A stretch of DNA of 64,000 bases, taken from NCBI RefSeq assembly GCF_009914755.1, contig NC_060928.1; one strand, given 5' to 3'. The stretch comes from the human T2T-CHM13v2.0 reference genome, Homo sapiens. The notes under the pieces were generated by a model that saw only the letters and a program-made list of their open reading frames with translations, searched no databases and had not been told where the DNA came from. The translations under genes were made by a program, and so were the position numbers. Shown in pieces: positions 38,283 to 52,603 of the stretch (position 1 is its first letter; each line of letters begins with the position of its first letter).

Positions 38283-39642
38283 GTAATCAGAAAGAAAAAG
38301 AAATATTTCTTACCTTGAAAGGTATACAATTAAGACTGACAACTGACTTCAGAGATAAGCCAGAAAAATGATGAAATGTGATATACAATGTGCTGCAAGA
38401 AAATCACTGTTTACCTGGAAATCTATATCCAGTGAAAATATCTTAACAATAAATGAATGATAATGAGATAAACGCATGTTTAACCAAGCAAACAGACACC
38501 AAGAAAATCTGTTACCATTAGATTCACACCGAGAGGAATACTAAAGAATACCCTTCGGGCAAAGTCAAAATAATCTAAAATGGAAGACTGAAGATGCAGG
38601 AAGAAAATAAATATTAGGGCTTTATATATATATATATATTATATATAATATTATATTATGAATGTTTACATTCAAATAAATATTGACTAAATAATAATGT
38701 ATGTGAACTTTCAAATCTCTTCATAGAATTAAAGTACAGGATAACACATAGGATAGGATAAAGAGGGAGTTTAATGAGGCTAAGGTGTTTCTTATATTTC
38801 TTATGTCTTTGTATTAAACTTTAATAAATCAAGAGTGTATGTAGTAATTTCTTGGGTAATTCCTAAAGTAAGATTAAAAGCAAATGAATAAGATTAGAGG
38901 ATAAATGGAATAATCAAATATTCTAAAAATTGACACCCACATATTTAAATAACACAAAAAATAACAGCTTGTGAAACAAATAGAAGACATAAAGCAAGAT
39001 GATAGTTTTAAACCAAACCACATTTTACATTAACTACAAACAGATTGAATGCTCTAGTTAAAAGCAAATACTTTAACCTGGTATCTCCCACACACATTGG
39101 TACCTACTGCTTACAAGAAAAACACATTCACTATAAGAATACAGAAAACCTGAATGAAATGCATTGCATGGATCTTGTTTAGATCATAAAAAAGACTTCG
39201 TAGAGGTTTTTTTTTTCAGGCAATTATGAAAATTTAATGTTAAATAGATATTAGATAATTGTGAGAAATGATTATTAATTTTGTTAATTGTGGTTCATTT
39301 CACGAAATGTAAGAAAACATTTCATGTTTTTTTCAAGATATGTGGTGAGTATATGGGGATAAAATGCCACGGGATCTGCACTTCAATGTTTTTCAAACAT
39401 AAGAGTAACAAGTATAGATAAAGAAAACCATGTCAAAACGTTAATGATAATTATTTTAAAGTAAGCCATCATCAAAACATGAAAAATGGAAAAAAAAAAA
39501 AAAGACACAATATGAGCTTAGGGTAGATGTCCAAATTGCCCTCTAGTTAAAATGTTAAATAAACATTGTGAAACGAGTTTCTACACAAGAGAAATGTGTA
39601 AAATGCTGGAAACTCTGTGACCGCTTCTCAGTCTCTCATTGA

Positions 39643-39962
<320 letters not shown>

Positions 39963-40289
39963 CATTGAGGCAACTTCTAAAGGAAGTACCTAAGGAAAGA
40001 GACAATTGAATCCAAAGGGGATGGGAGGAAGGTCAAAAAGAATGGATAACCAAATAAATTGGGAAATTCAAGAACAAGAAAAGCAGAACATAGTAAATAA
40101 AGTGAAAGAAAGTACAAAATGAAAAACTGAACATCAAACAGTTAAATAGAAAACAAAAATACAGTAGAGATGAACAAGATTAAAGGCTAAAACTATTACT
40201 TCATAAATATATCAGCTGGTAACTGTAATATATGCACAAGTCTGATATTCATGATAGATAAAATTAATACATTGAAAAGCACCTCTCTT

Positions 40290-41650
40290 TCCCATTCCTG
40301 TTTTCCAAGAAGCTACAAGAAAACTTACGTTGTGTGTGTTTTATACAAATCATAGCACTGTTACTCTTTGTGTTTTGCTTTTTTTACTTGAGAAAGGATC
40401 TTAAGAGTGTTTTTCTTATCTAAACAGTAACGAAATTCTCACCTTGTTTTTGAAGCGTCATCTTGCATCTCAGGTGTGTATCATACATTACTTTGTTTGA
40501 CTAGGTCTCAATTGGAACATGTAATTGATTTTGTTTCTCTATCCAAGATGTTGCTCTTAACAAACAATGCTGCAAAGAATTGTCTTCTACTTTAAAAACT
40601 TCTTACAGATGTGGATATCTATAGGGTACCTTTTAAAAATATAATTGTTCAGGGTAAAGGTATAGATACTTAGAAGTATGATTTGTCTTCCAGAGTGATT
40701 TTCACTATTTACAACCACATCAACAATAAGAATGTTTTGCACACTCTCATTAGCGCTAATACCAAGCATTTTAATATTGGCAACATGAAGATAAAAACTA
40801 TATCTTGTGATTTTTCTCAGGACTGAGGGTAAACATTTTCTTTTACATATTTAAAAGCCACTTGTCTTTTTTGTGTACTATCTGTTTATGTTCTTTGCTC
40901 ATTTTTAAATGGGTGCTGATCTTCCTCTTATTTCATTTTAAGTGCTCATTTACATACTAAATTAAACTAACTGGTCTGTAATTAAACTTCACTATGTGGA
41001 AGCATTCATATAATCTTTTTTTATTTGTCATTTGACTTTAATATTTATAGGGTTTTTAAATGCAGAATTTTCTCTTTTGGTTTATGTGTAGTGGTATTTA
41101 CACTATTTTCTTTGACAACCTTTAGGATTTATGTTAGAATTTTTCACATCAAATGATTTTTTTAATTTTTTGGAACAAGTATTTTTTTTTCCTAATTTAA
41201 ATCTTTTTCATGAGGTACAAAGTAAATATTCTAATTTTAAAACTTTTTCAGATGGCTATCCAGTTCTCTCAACAATTTTTAAACTATCTTTTTCTACAGC
41301 TTCACGGCAATTTATAATGACTAGACACTCTCATTACCTTTCTTCTTAAACATTTTTTTCTAACTATTCATAATTTTTTAAAAAAATTCCATTTGACCTT
41401 AAGGATTTGAATTACTTAGTTCCAATTGAATCTTGGTAGTATTTTTATCAGGATACAAAAATACATTCATTTGAAGGAGAACTGACATTTTTAAGATGCT
41501 GTGTCTTTATACCCAAAAATATAGTTTGCCTTTTTATCCCACTGAAGCATTTTTTTGTGTGTTCCTCAGAGGCATTTAAAAATGTATTTTCGTAGATCCT
41601 GCATAACTTTTTGTTACTATTCTAAATGGAAACTTTTATATTAGTCACAT
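40290..41650 (-). mobile_element. Old L1ME fragment
   Basis: T-rich; aaacaatgctgcaaagaat, atctgtttatgttctttgctcattttt, ggagaactgacatttttaa. Confidence 0.7.
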
Positions 41651-41760
41651 ATTATATTTATTATAATATGATACTTCATTCATAGTATATTATAATGTTT
41701 TGAATTTCTTACTATCTATAACTGAGTTCTAAAAGAGTTTAAAGTCAATTAAAAAAAAAA

Positions 41761-42063
<303 letters not shown>

Positions 42064-42358
42064 TGATTTTTAAAAAGTTAAAGTGTTATCACTTTATACC
42101 ATTTTGTATTTGATTTTAAAAGTATATGTAAAGGGCTTTTGCAGTAACTTACAACTGTGGTGTGACGAAGTCCACGTTTTATGTTACTGTAACATCATGG
42201 TGCTTAGGTAACAGAGTCAGGGGAAGAAGGAAAGATGCAGATAATGTAAATGCTGATTTGAAGAAGAGCAGATCCCGTGGACAGCTTCTGAAACTGCTTT
42301 TGAGCAAGTACATCATCGTAGTTTCAAAGGCATCAGGCCTCAGTCAAAACTCTTACCA

Positions 42359-42702
42359 TCAAAAAGAATGAGTTCATGTCCTTTACATGGACGTGGATGA
42401 AGCTGGAAACCATCATTCTCAGCAAACTAACACAGGAACAGAAAACCAAACACCGCATGTTCTCACTCATAGGTGGGAGTTGAACAATGAGAACACATGG
42501 ACACAGGGAGGGGAACATCACACACCGGGGCCTGCCAGGGGGAGGGAGAGCATTAGGACAAATACCTAATGCATGCAAGACTTAAAACCTAGAGGACGGG
42601 TTGATAGGTGCAGCAAACCGCCATGGCACATGTATACCTATGTAATAAAGTTGCATGATCTGTACACGTATCCCAGAACTTAAAGTATAATAATAATTAA
42701 AA
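42359..42702 (+). mobile_element. L1PA7/8-like 5'-truncated 3' end
   Basis: gatgaagctggaaaccatcattctcagcaaactaacacaggaacag..cctaatgcatgc..cttaaaacctaga; TSD aaaactcttacca/aaagctcttacca. Confidence 0.93.
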
Positions 42703-42944
42703 AAAGCTCTTACCAAAGCCATGGAATGCAGAAGAGAAGGGCATGATGGTTGGTTTGTACTAGGGACAGAACACTCATAAGAATCTGTGAACCACTCTGT
42801 GAATTTGCCATAAAGTAGATGAGGATGTTGCTGGGGCTGGAGATAATGCAGGCAGGTGGACCTGAGAGCTCAATAAAGTCTATTAGTGGTAGTATGACCT
42901 CATTTTTAGCCTTATCCTGGAGCAATGTGGTAATATATCACATA

Positions 42945-42996
42945 TATTGTGTGCAAATATACACACATGCACACACATCACATATGTACACATGCG

Positions 42997-43032
<36 letters not shown>
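42945..43032. repeat. (CA)n microsatellite with degenerate flank
   Basis: Read directly from the sequence. Confidence 0.95.
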
Positions 43033-43035
<3 letters not shown>

Positions 43036-43099
43036 CAGTTTTCTGGCATCCTGTTCCCTGTAGGATAAACTAAGAAGCAAAAACTCTCCTAGAATTAAG

Positions 43100-43665
43100 A
43101 GTAGAGTCTATTTCTTGGGTGTGGGAGGCACTGCTAGAGCCCTGCTTGTTTCCACAGCCCCTTTCACTACGCTCATACTTGCTTCCAACTGCAAATATCT
43201 GCATGCATTCTTAAGGTCTCCCTTTCTTTCCAAAATTGCAGATAGTCACTGTGCCTCTGAATGAAATTTTGGGGAAATTAATGACCCATGGGAGTAGTCA
43301 TTAGCCCAGGCCTATTAGGAGTTGGGGTAGAGATATTCCAGTTGATGTAGAAACATTCCTCATCCCTTGGGAAGAAGCAAATCTTAGGCGCAGCAATTCT
43401 TGAAGTTCCCGAGGGAAATTGCACTTCAGTTGCCCACTGTGATAGCTGGATTAATGATGTACCCTGAATTAGCTCCGGTTGCCATAAGAAAATACCACAG
43501 ACTGGGTGGCTTAAACAACAGACATTTATTTTTTTCACAGTTCTTGAGCCAAGAAATCTGAAATCAAAGCGCCAGCAGGGATGGTTTCTGATGAAGCCAC
43601 TCTTCCTGGCATGCAGACAGCCAGCTTCTTGCTGTGTCCTCACATGGCCTTTCCTCTGTGGACAT

Positions 43666-43717
<52 letters not shown>

Positions 43718-44030
43718 TGAGAGAGAGAGAGGTCTCTTTTTGGTCTCTTACTCTTTTTATAAAGACTAGTCCTGTAGTATAGAGCCCCACCCTTATGACC
43801 TCATTTAACTTTAATTTTCTTCTTAAAGGCCATGTCTCCAAGCACAGTCACGTCGGGAATCTGATTTTAACATATGAATTTTGGGGAACACAATTCCGTC
43901 TGTAACGTACCCTTTATTAGCTGTATTTCCTTCTCTGGATCATACTCTGAACATCAAAACCCTCTCCCCCAGAACAAAATCTACTTTCTCTAAAATCCTT
44001 TTCTAAAAGTGTCTATGGAAGAACTTATGC
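43100..44030 (+). mobile_element. LTR33-like LTR split by MLT1B
   Basis: aattaatgacccatgggagtagtc..aggagttggggtagagatattccag. Confidence 0.5.
43465..43907 (-). mobile_element. MLT1B-like MaLR LTR containing (CA)n at 43667-43714
   Basis: aaataccacagactgggtggcttaaacaacagacatttatt..cccacccttatgacctcatttaac; perfect TSD taccc. Confidence 0.9.
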
Positions 44031-45027
44031 TAAAACACTGGCCACAGATGATTAAACAGTGACTAGGGTCAAGGTAGGGGTTTGGTCATAGGAAAAATGT
44101 AAGAACGAAAAGCTCATATACGAGTTACTGGACAGATTTCTTATTTTAATCTGTTTTATTTTCTACCTGTAGGTGTATCTATCTGTGTTTCTATGCATCT
44201 TCTTCCCATCTGTCTTTACAGGGTTACTTTTGCAAACATCAAAGCCACATAGAATTCTCCAAGATAGTTCCCTTCAAAAAGATTCGTTGTAAATAAATTA
44301 TAGGCAGGAGGCTGAAGTTTCCAACTGTTATTAAGACTCCATTCAGAGTAACGTTTGATTTTTTTTTTCTGTTTTGATGGCAGCACCTCAGCAGGGTTCC
44401 AAGGCACCAATTTTTGCAGAGCCAAATCATTATTCAGGAGTCAGGTTTATAGAGAAGACACACCAAGAATGCTCAACTCTGAGTGGTGGCGTACCTTATT
44501 CCAATTAGGGTAAGAAGCACTCATTTCCCTCATGGCCATGTGGAGACAAAATTTCCCTAGGAGCAGAGGAAGAAAGAAGATAGAAGCCCAATGCACTGAT
44601 GGTGAATTTCTGAGGAAACATTCTTCATGAATCTTACATATGAAGCTGTAAAGTGACATGTCTAATTAGGGCCTTGTGGCTGGAAATGAAAGAAAATGTT
44701 GAGTTCACATGAATCTTATTAGGACACCCTGAGGTCATGAGGCTCTAAAGTTTTCACAGTGAACTTTGCTGGGGAGTCCGTGAGCTAAAGCTCTGAAGAA
44801 AGAAATTTAAGGCATAAATCTGTTCATGAGTTATGTGATGCTCAGTCCTGTCATCTTCTTGGGCCTCAGTTTCCTTATATGTAATTGAGATTAATCTCTC
44901 CCAAAACTAGAAGATAAAACGTCAGATGGCACTCAGAGAAAAATAAAGAATGATCCATCTGAAATATTTAGATGAAGCTTCAGAAACTGGTTTGGTTACT
45001 GTTTGAAAATTAGTCTTTATGAGGAAG

Positions 45028-45315
45028 ACTCATCACCTCTCTGGTATCATTCCCAATAATGTACAACCTCTATCTAATTATGAGAAAACTTTGAGCAAAT
45101 CCAAAATGAGGGACATTTGACAAAATAACTGATAGATACTTTTCACATATCTCAAAGTCGTGAAAAGCAAGGAGAAACCGAAGAAATTGTCTCAGACAAA
45201 AAAAAAGCTGGGATATATGATATCTAAATTCAGTGTAGGATTCTGGATTAAATCCTAGAACGATAAGGGACATTAATGGAAAAATTGTTCAATTCAAATA
45301 AAGTCCATATTTTAG
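45028..45315 (+). mobile_element. L1MC/L1MD 3' end fragment
   Basis: caaatccaaaatgagggacattt..acaaaataactga..ggattctggattaaatcctagaac..gggacattaatggaaaaa. Confidence 0.75.
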
Positions 45316-45519
45316 ATTTATTTTTAAAGCAGCAATATAGGAACAACCCCCACATTCTGTCCCAATATAAGGACAAAACAATTAGTTTTGACCCCTAAAT
45401 AGGGGCAAGTCATCAAGTGCTGTTCCTACAGTGTTAGAAGCTGCTGGACATTCATATTCTGCTACATAATTACTGTGAAGCTCTGGGCAGTTTATCCTCA
45501 TTATTTGAACTCTTATGAG

Positions 45520-45775
45520 TTGAATATATTTATATTCATATTATGTATATGTTAATATATAGGTATAATTATATATATTCATGTTAATATATACAAATAT
45601 TATTCATATCATATATGGATATAATTATATATAGTCATACTAATGCATATGAATATAGTTATATATTCATTAATATATACAATATAGTTATATATTCACA
45701 TTAATACATATGTATATATATTATATGATATTTAAGACTGAGCATCAAATAACTTATATGTATATATATATTCAA
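45520..45775. repeat. AT-rich degenerate tandem repeat (~28-30 bp unit aatatagttatatattca..ttaatatatac) within a MIR
   Basis: Unit visible several times; MIR-like flanks on both sides. Confidence 0.75.
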
Positions 45776-47369
45776 GAATTAATTCTGTGAAGCTACTTAG
45801 CAATAACTTGGCTTCTAATAATAATACTTAAATAACTCCCAACAAAGAAAAGAAAATGATTTATTCCCTGCATTCTTTAATTGATATGCATTGCCTATGA
45901 AGTCAATTTCAGATGGATGAGTGTGCTAGTCAATAGAATTCACTTGGATGTTTTTCTTGATTGCTTTATCCTGAATTGCAGTCAAACAGCCATAACATTA
46001 TTATGGTCATCCTCCTTAATATTATCAGAACTACAAAATTTCAAATATAGATATTCTCAAACAAAAATTCATGTTTCCCTCTATAGGCCTCAGTTTCCTC
46101 TTTTGTAAAATGAATGAGTTTTATTCAAAGTTGCCTGTGTCATTTCTAATACTCCAAAATTATTTACAGTTAAGAATGAATAGCTCCACCAAGTATTGGT
46201 GCACAGATGTATTAATTTGAGCTACAGCTTTAAAGCATCTATAAAATATGTACTATGGAAGAGAAATAAGGGCAGCAAGAAAGGATCACCTGGGAAATAT
46301 CGATGATTCCTTTGAAAAGTATTCATTTTAATTAGAATGTCCTATTTCAATTTATAATGAATTTACCCTCTGAAATTCAATTTTCAAAGTGAGCTTGGTC
46401 AAGCTGGTTCCATTAGAGACTGTGAAACATGATGAAAATCTCAACTGGAATGAAGATTCAGTTATAGAAAAATAAATGAAAAAAAAGATAGGGAAAAAAT
46501 AGTACTGAGTAAAGACAACTGTTTCACTATTTTGCTTTTTTTATTTTTAAGAAAACAGTGTGCTTAGGTGAAAAATATATTTTTAGTACTTCTTACATTT
46601 TCCATAATCCATCACTGCCTTTTCACTGAATGGCTAACAAGTGAAGATGGGAAAAGTTTGAATCAATGTGTCAGGGCCCACTTTTAAAGCAGTCATGTTT
46701 CAGTTCTATATTAGGAACACAGCTGCCTTTTTCTTATGGAAATGAGATTTTCATGTTGAAAAAAAAAAAAAAAACCTCTGCAACTTTAGAGGAGAAAATG
46801 TAGAATATTTGTAAGTGAATGTTGCCTTAAGAATGGATAAAGTTTATTAGAAGGGGAACACACTTTTTAGATATGCTCTAAAAATACACATTGTGATTTT
46901 CAAAACACAAAGCTGTGTCTCAACATATTGGCCACAGGCATAGTGATAAATTACAGTTTCTTTTTGTTGTTCCCTGCTTATGTATGAACTATGTAAATAT
47001 GATCATAAGTTACTTGTGTTTGCACATGAGATATGTATAATTTTGAATTGTCATTGCAGAAGTGCTATAATAAATTATTAGTGTTGTTGAGTGAGTATTT
47101 ATCAAGATTATTCTATTCAATTGAAGAAAATATTTTTTCATAAAAATGAAAACTTGTCATTTAAGGTACCATTCAAAAAGCAAGAGATATGAAGAGATAA
47201 AAATAAACAAAATACATAAACAAAAGAGAAAAAACTGGGGAAGAAGGAAAAAGGAAGTTACCCTAAGAATTATATTTAAGCAGATTCCCAGAGTACTTGA
47301 AATACTAGTGACTGACACACATACTATTTTTTAAAAATACTCTGTTACTAATTCAAACCTGGTTGGCAG

Positions 47370-48960
47370 AATAGGAGGAGCACAAATCTTAATCAAGAGA
47401 CTGGTTTTGAATCAAGCTTTGTTGTTAATTAGCTGGGTACCTTTGGGGAAATTACACAACCACACCCAGCCCCAGCTTCTTCATTTTAAAGTGTGTCTTG
47501 TAGAATGAGTAACTGTGCCCTAAAAAGAAAATGGGCAATGCAGAAGTGTCCAAAGTAGAAAGTTCCCTGAGTAACGACTATCCTGTGCACTTTGAGATTC
47601 ATCAAAAGACGAGTCATTGTGATCTTAACTCAACTCCAGGAGACCTAAAATCCTGTGAATTTTCACAGTATAAAGTCCAACCCTGGCTGGATAAAGCATA
47701 ATGATATTTTCAAATTTATCCATGTCTTTTGGCGTAGAGTGAGCATGCCTAATGAGTCACCAACTTATAAAATCGTGACATCCTTCCAGTCAATATATAG
47801 TAATTAACCACCTACTCTGTCTCAGGCACTGTTCTAACTAGGAAATTAGCAGTGTATACAACAGTCTCTATTGCCACAGAGCTTCCATTCTGGCTGGGGA
47901 TGAGACAGACAATAGTCATATAAACCAACAGACTTGCTAGTTTATAAATACTATGAAGAAAGATCAAACGTGAAGATCAAAGAATAATTGCCCCATTTAC
48001 TGAATGCTTTTAATGCGAAGTCATTTAATATACATTTTATTCTAATCCCAACAAAAATTAATATCATTTTTCATTTTACAGAAAACGAAACTGAAACTCC
48101 TAAATTTTGTTACATTATCAACATTTTACAGTAGAAAAGTAGAAACGCAGACTGGGAATTCAAATTAGTATTTTGACCACAGAGTCACTTTCTACAACAA
48201 TACACAGTCCGATTGACCTCATAAGCACTGGGCATACTTTGTTCCTTAACAGAAAACATTTTCTTAACCTTATTTCGGTTATAATGGAAGTAGGCATAAC
48301 AGTAGATACTTGTTGGGAAACTATAATTGCTTTTGAAAACATATTCATAAATCAGCACTTCCATACAAGAAAAGTGGCACATGTGCAGAATGATTAATCT
48401 GTAATACATTTTACAAATATTTAGAAACCCTCTACTTCAGTACCAGGCACTGCCCCAGACAACTGGTATACCACCATGTGCAAACAAACTATGGTCTCTG
48501 TCTTACTCCACCTGGCATGAACAAGTGGAAACACTGCAAGGTACAGGCCAGAAAAAGATGGTGTGACAGGAGTGTTAAGTAAGAATATCGGCATTGAACT
48601 CAGTCTGGATCTGGAGGTCAGGGTCAGAAAGGTTAAAGTTTGTTGAATCTATGTGTGTTTAAAACTTTTAGACAACTTTGTACTCATTGTTTAACTAGTA
48701 TTAGATAGGTTCTTAGACAATTTAAGTCAGTTTTCTAAAAGGAGTAATATAATTTAAAAAATGTTACATCCAGTTCAATGACTCAACATTCTGACTAGGC
48801 ATTTGAGTAAATAATTTATTTTCTCTAAATCATGGGTTCTTCATCTGTTTTATGAGTCTACTAATACACACCTATACTGCTTCATAGCACAGTTGAAAGG
48901 CTGTAATGGGAGAATGGATGTAAAAGAAGTTAGTAAATCATAATATTTACATATCATTGT
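47370..48960. mobile_element. Series of MIR and L2 fragments
   Basis: MIR+ ~47370-47500, L2- ~47790-47990, MIR- ~47995-48190 (cattttacagaaaacgaaactga), L2- ~48405-48640, MIR+ ~48770-48960. Confidence 0.6.
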
Positions 48961-49522
48961 AATTCACTATAAGAATTATCAATTACCTTTTGCTCGATTG
49001 AATATAGTTATGAATGAAGAACAGTCTAGTCATGCTAGTCATTACATGGTGTATAACAAATACGTGGTGTTGTAGGAGAAACCAGTATGAGAGATGACAT
49101 TCCAGAGCAGATATTCAATGGATGAATTAGTATTTTTGGCTTCAAATGTAGAATACACAAATGGCAAGAAGCTGGGAACTACTGGAAATATTTATGAGAA
49201 CTAACTTGTTTGGTAGGTACTATGTACCCTGGGCCTTTCTTTTCTTCATGTAACAAAAGGGACATTCCATTTTCCCTGACAGTAGTTTTGGCAGCTTCAT
49301 TGACAGCACTGTCATCATTAGATAATTAGAATTGTAAGCCTTTACTTTTCTCCATTTTCTATACAGGATTTACTATACTTCCAGGCTTGTCTTCTTTCGA
49401 TGTATGGAAGGTGAATCACGTGAAAAGCATACTATGAATTGTTAATGTAAATAGTTTAGAAGTAGTAATCATAGAATAGAATGTAACATTTGCCAAATGC
49501 TTATTCTATGCCATGCCCTTGA

Positions 49523-49952
49523 TTGTCTTATTTGGGTTCCCCTAGAAGCAGGCGCTCAAACAAGGATTTGAGTACAAGTCGTTTAATAAAGAGATGATTC
49601 CAAGAAATGTAAGTATTGGAATAGGAAAATAAGACAATAGGTAAAAAGGCTACGGAAGGTAGATTGTCAGACAATTACTACAGTGGTCCTGCTTTCCCTG
49701 CGGGAACCTGAAACAAAGTATAAGATATGACCCTTACAGGCATCCTGCCTAACGAAGAGGACACTGGGGCATTTAACTGCCAGTGCCCAGCAGTCGTAGT
49801 TGAGTCCTGCTGATGAAACAGAAAACCTGCAACCTGCCCTGTTTGCAGGCAGAACAGACAGTTAAATATATCAGCCAAGGAACAGCAGGGGCTGGTAGCT
49901 GAAGTTTGGACAGTCGAGCCCGTAAATGGTAGGGAACGGATTTGTCACAACA
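49523..49952 (-). mobile_element. LTR33 LTR inserted in a MIR
   Basis: tgtcttatttgggttcccctagaagcagg..aacaaggatttgagtacaagt. Confidence 0.75.
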
Positions 49953-49978
49953 TCAACTTTGCACGTATTATATGATAC

Positions 49979-51100
49979 TTTTTTTTATTATACTTTAAGT
50001 TTTAGGGTACATGTGCACGATGTGCAGGTTTGTTACATATGTATACATGTGCCATGTTGGTGTGCTGCACCCATTAACTCGTCATTTAGCATTAGGTATA
50101 TCTCCTAATGCTATCCCTCCCCCCTCCCCCCACCCCACAACAGGCCCCGGTGTGTGATGTTCCCCACCCTGTGTCCATGTGTTCTCATTGTTCAATTCCC
50201 ACCTATGAGTGAGAACATGCGGTGTTTGGTTTTTTGACCTTGCGATAATTTGCTTAGAATGATGGTTTCCAGCTTCATCCAGGACCCTACAAAGAACATG
50301 AACTCATCATTTTTTATGGCTGCATAGTATTCCATGGTGTATATGTGCCACATTTTCTTCATCCAGTCTATCATTGTTGGACATTTGGGTTGGTTCCAAG
50401 TCTTTGCTATTGTGAATAGTGCCGCAATAAACATACGTGTGCATGTGTCTTTATAGCAGCATGATTTATAATCCTTTGGATATATACCCAGTAATGGGAT
50501 GTCTGGGTCAAATGGTATTTCTAGTTCTAGATCCCTGAGGAATCACCACACTGACTTCCACAATGGTTGAACTAGTTTACAGTCCCACCAACAGTGTAAA
50601 AGTGTTCCTATTTCTCCACATCCTGTCCAGCACCTGTTGTTCCCTGACTTTTTAACGGTCGCCATTCTAACTGGTGTGAGATGGTATCTCATTGTGGTTT
50701 TGATTTGCATTTCTCTGATGGCCAGTGATGATGAGCACTTTTTCATGTGTCTTTTGGATGCATAAATGTCTTCTTTTGAGAAGTGTCTGTTCATATCCTT
50801 TGCCCACTTGTTGATGGGGTTGCTTGTTTTTTTCTTCTAAATTTGTTTGAGTTCTTTGTAGATTCTGTTAGCCCTTTGTCAGATGAGTAGATTGCAAAAA
50901 TTTTCTCCCATTCTATAGGTTGCCTGTTCACTCTGATGGTAGTTTCTTTTGCTGTGCAGAAGCTCTTTAGTTTAATTAGATCCCATTTGTCAATTTTGGC
51001 TTTTGTTGCCATTGCTTTCGGTGTTCTAGAGATGAAGTCCTTGCCCATGCCTATGTCCTGAATGGTATTGCCTAGGTTTTCTTCTAGGGTTTTTGTGGTT
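49979..51100 (-). mobile_element. L1PA3/4-like 5'-truncated element (~1.1 kb) with broken ORF2 C-terminus
   Basis: Canonical antisense L1PA 3' UTR; ORFs 50791-51048, 50543-50794 and 50192-50434 translate to L1 ORF2p C-terminal text ([20 protein letters not shown]; [18 protein letters not shown] zinc knuckle; MFIAALFTIAKTWNQPKCP). Confidence 0.97.
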
Positions 51101-51270
51101 CTGTGCAGTCTGTAGTATTACCAATGCTAATTATAAATGAAGAAACTGAGGTTCAGAGAAGTTACTTAATTCACTTAAGGCCACACAGCTAGTAAGCAGA
51201 GGAAGTGAATTCCAAACCCAGGATTTCATCTGACTTCCACGCTTCGACTCTTGACCTCTCATTAATACGT
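51101..51270 (-). mobile_element. MIR (continuation of the element split by LTR33 and L1PA)
   Basis: aaatgaagaaactgaggttcagagaagtta..aaggccacacagctagtaag..ccaaacccagg. Confidence 0.85.
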
Positions 51271-51699
51271 TGTTTACTTGGCAACTGGTCAGTTTGGAAA
51301 GTTGGCTTTCTCTGGGGAATATCATGGGGCTAATTGGGAGATGCTTTCAATCACAATATGTTAATAATCTACAATAATTCAAAAAAGTGTAATAGAACTG
51401 TGGAATCCCTGAAGTAAAACATGATAAACCTCCACTTCTTTCTCTCTCTTTGCAGTGTTCTTAAGTATTTGTTCCAGTGTGTAGATGTTCCCGTTACGTT
51501 TTTCTGTATGCATATGTATATGGGAAATATTGAAGTGGGACATAACAAATATATATTAACTTTGGGACATTTTTATTATTAGGGGCTAGGCTTAAGGCAT
51601 CTCATCACCTGTTTCTAGGGTGTTAATGAATGTTGTGGGTGAAATAAATTCTCTTTAGCTTGCACAAGCTGGATTGGAACTCCACACTGGATTTCAGGG

Positions 51700-51985
51700 A
51701 AAACATGGCTTTTAAGGAAAAGAAAGAATTCAAATAAGGATAGAATATAGGACTCTGAAAGGTACAGAGGAGAAGGAATGTCATTCCAGGTAATAAAATT
51801 TGGTATGAGGATATTTGTGGAAGTAGAACTCTGCAAAGTGCATTCTGAGGATATGAACAAAACAATTTCATAGAATGGAATTTATGAGACATATGGGACT
51901 CAAGGTCATAACGCTATATTGAGGCCAGATTGCAGGGGCTCTTGAATGCCAGGCTTAGAAGTTTGAATTTTACCTCATCCTTTTG
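51700..51985 (-). mobile_element. L2 fragment
   Basis: gaggccagattgcaggggctcttgaatgccaggcttagaagtttgaatttta. Confidence 0.7.
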
Positions 51986-52556
51986 GACCTAGAGAAGACC
52001 TTTGCTTCCATAAATAAAAGGACAGCGTTTACTTCCTAGCCATCATTACAGCAGAATTATTGCTTCTGCTATGCCAACCCTAATATTGCCTTTTTGGTTT
52101 GTTTTTCTTTATTTCATGATAAAATAAACTAGTTCACTGCAAGCAATTTTCTACAATAGCCAAACTGTAAAATAAAAGTCCTACGTAAATTCACCCCAAA
52201 AATGTCAGTTTAGTGTACCTTCCAGATATATATACACGTGTATCTCTCATACACACAGACAGTCTCGATAAGCAAGCTGCTCCTTTGTAATTCCAAATTT
52301 ATTCACTTGATATAACATTAATATATTTATGTACCAAGATGTATCAATCTAACTCAACATGTTTATGTGTATGTATATTGGTAAAAATAGTTATAAACTA
52401 CCAAAATCATCCATAATCTTACCATGGCTAGAAATAAATATTTATATTTATGAAAGTAGCTAAAGATTCCCCTGAACCCATTCCATTCTATTTGTATAAG
52501 GTAAATCTCTGTACCTTTCTTGACACATTAATATGTATCTTTCCTTTTCTTAAATA

Positions 52557-52558
52557 AG

Positions 52559-52601
<43 letters not shown>
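52557..52601. repeat. (TA)n(CA)n microsatellite
   Basis: Read directly from the sequence. Confidence 0.9.

Positions 52602-52603
<2 letters not shown>

Larger units (their letters stand above)
36430..39440 (+). mobile_element. Old L1M 5'/ORF1 region remnants interrupted by MLT1A0 and THE1
   Basis: cagattcaggagg..cacactaggcatac, caattaagactgacaactgacttc, ctatatccagtgaaaatatc are decayed L1 ORF1 motifs; boundaries approximate. Confidence 0.65.

Noticed and set aside
43278-43841. Longest ORF (187 aa) with a CVCVCV run
   Set aside because: Read-through of an MLT1B LTR and its (CA)n microsatellite
50192-51048. Three ORFs with clear protein homology (L1 ORF2p C-terminus)
   Set aside because: Fragments of a 5'-truncated, frameshifted L1PA with no promoter, ORF1, endonuclease or RT domain; not a gene
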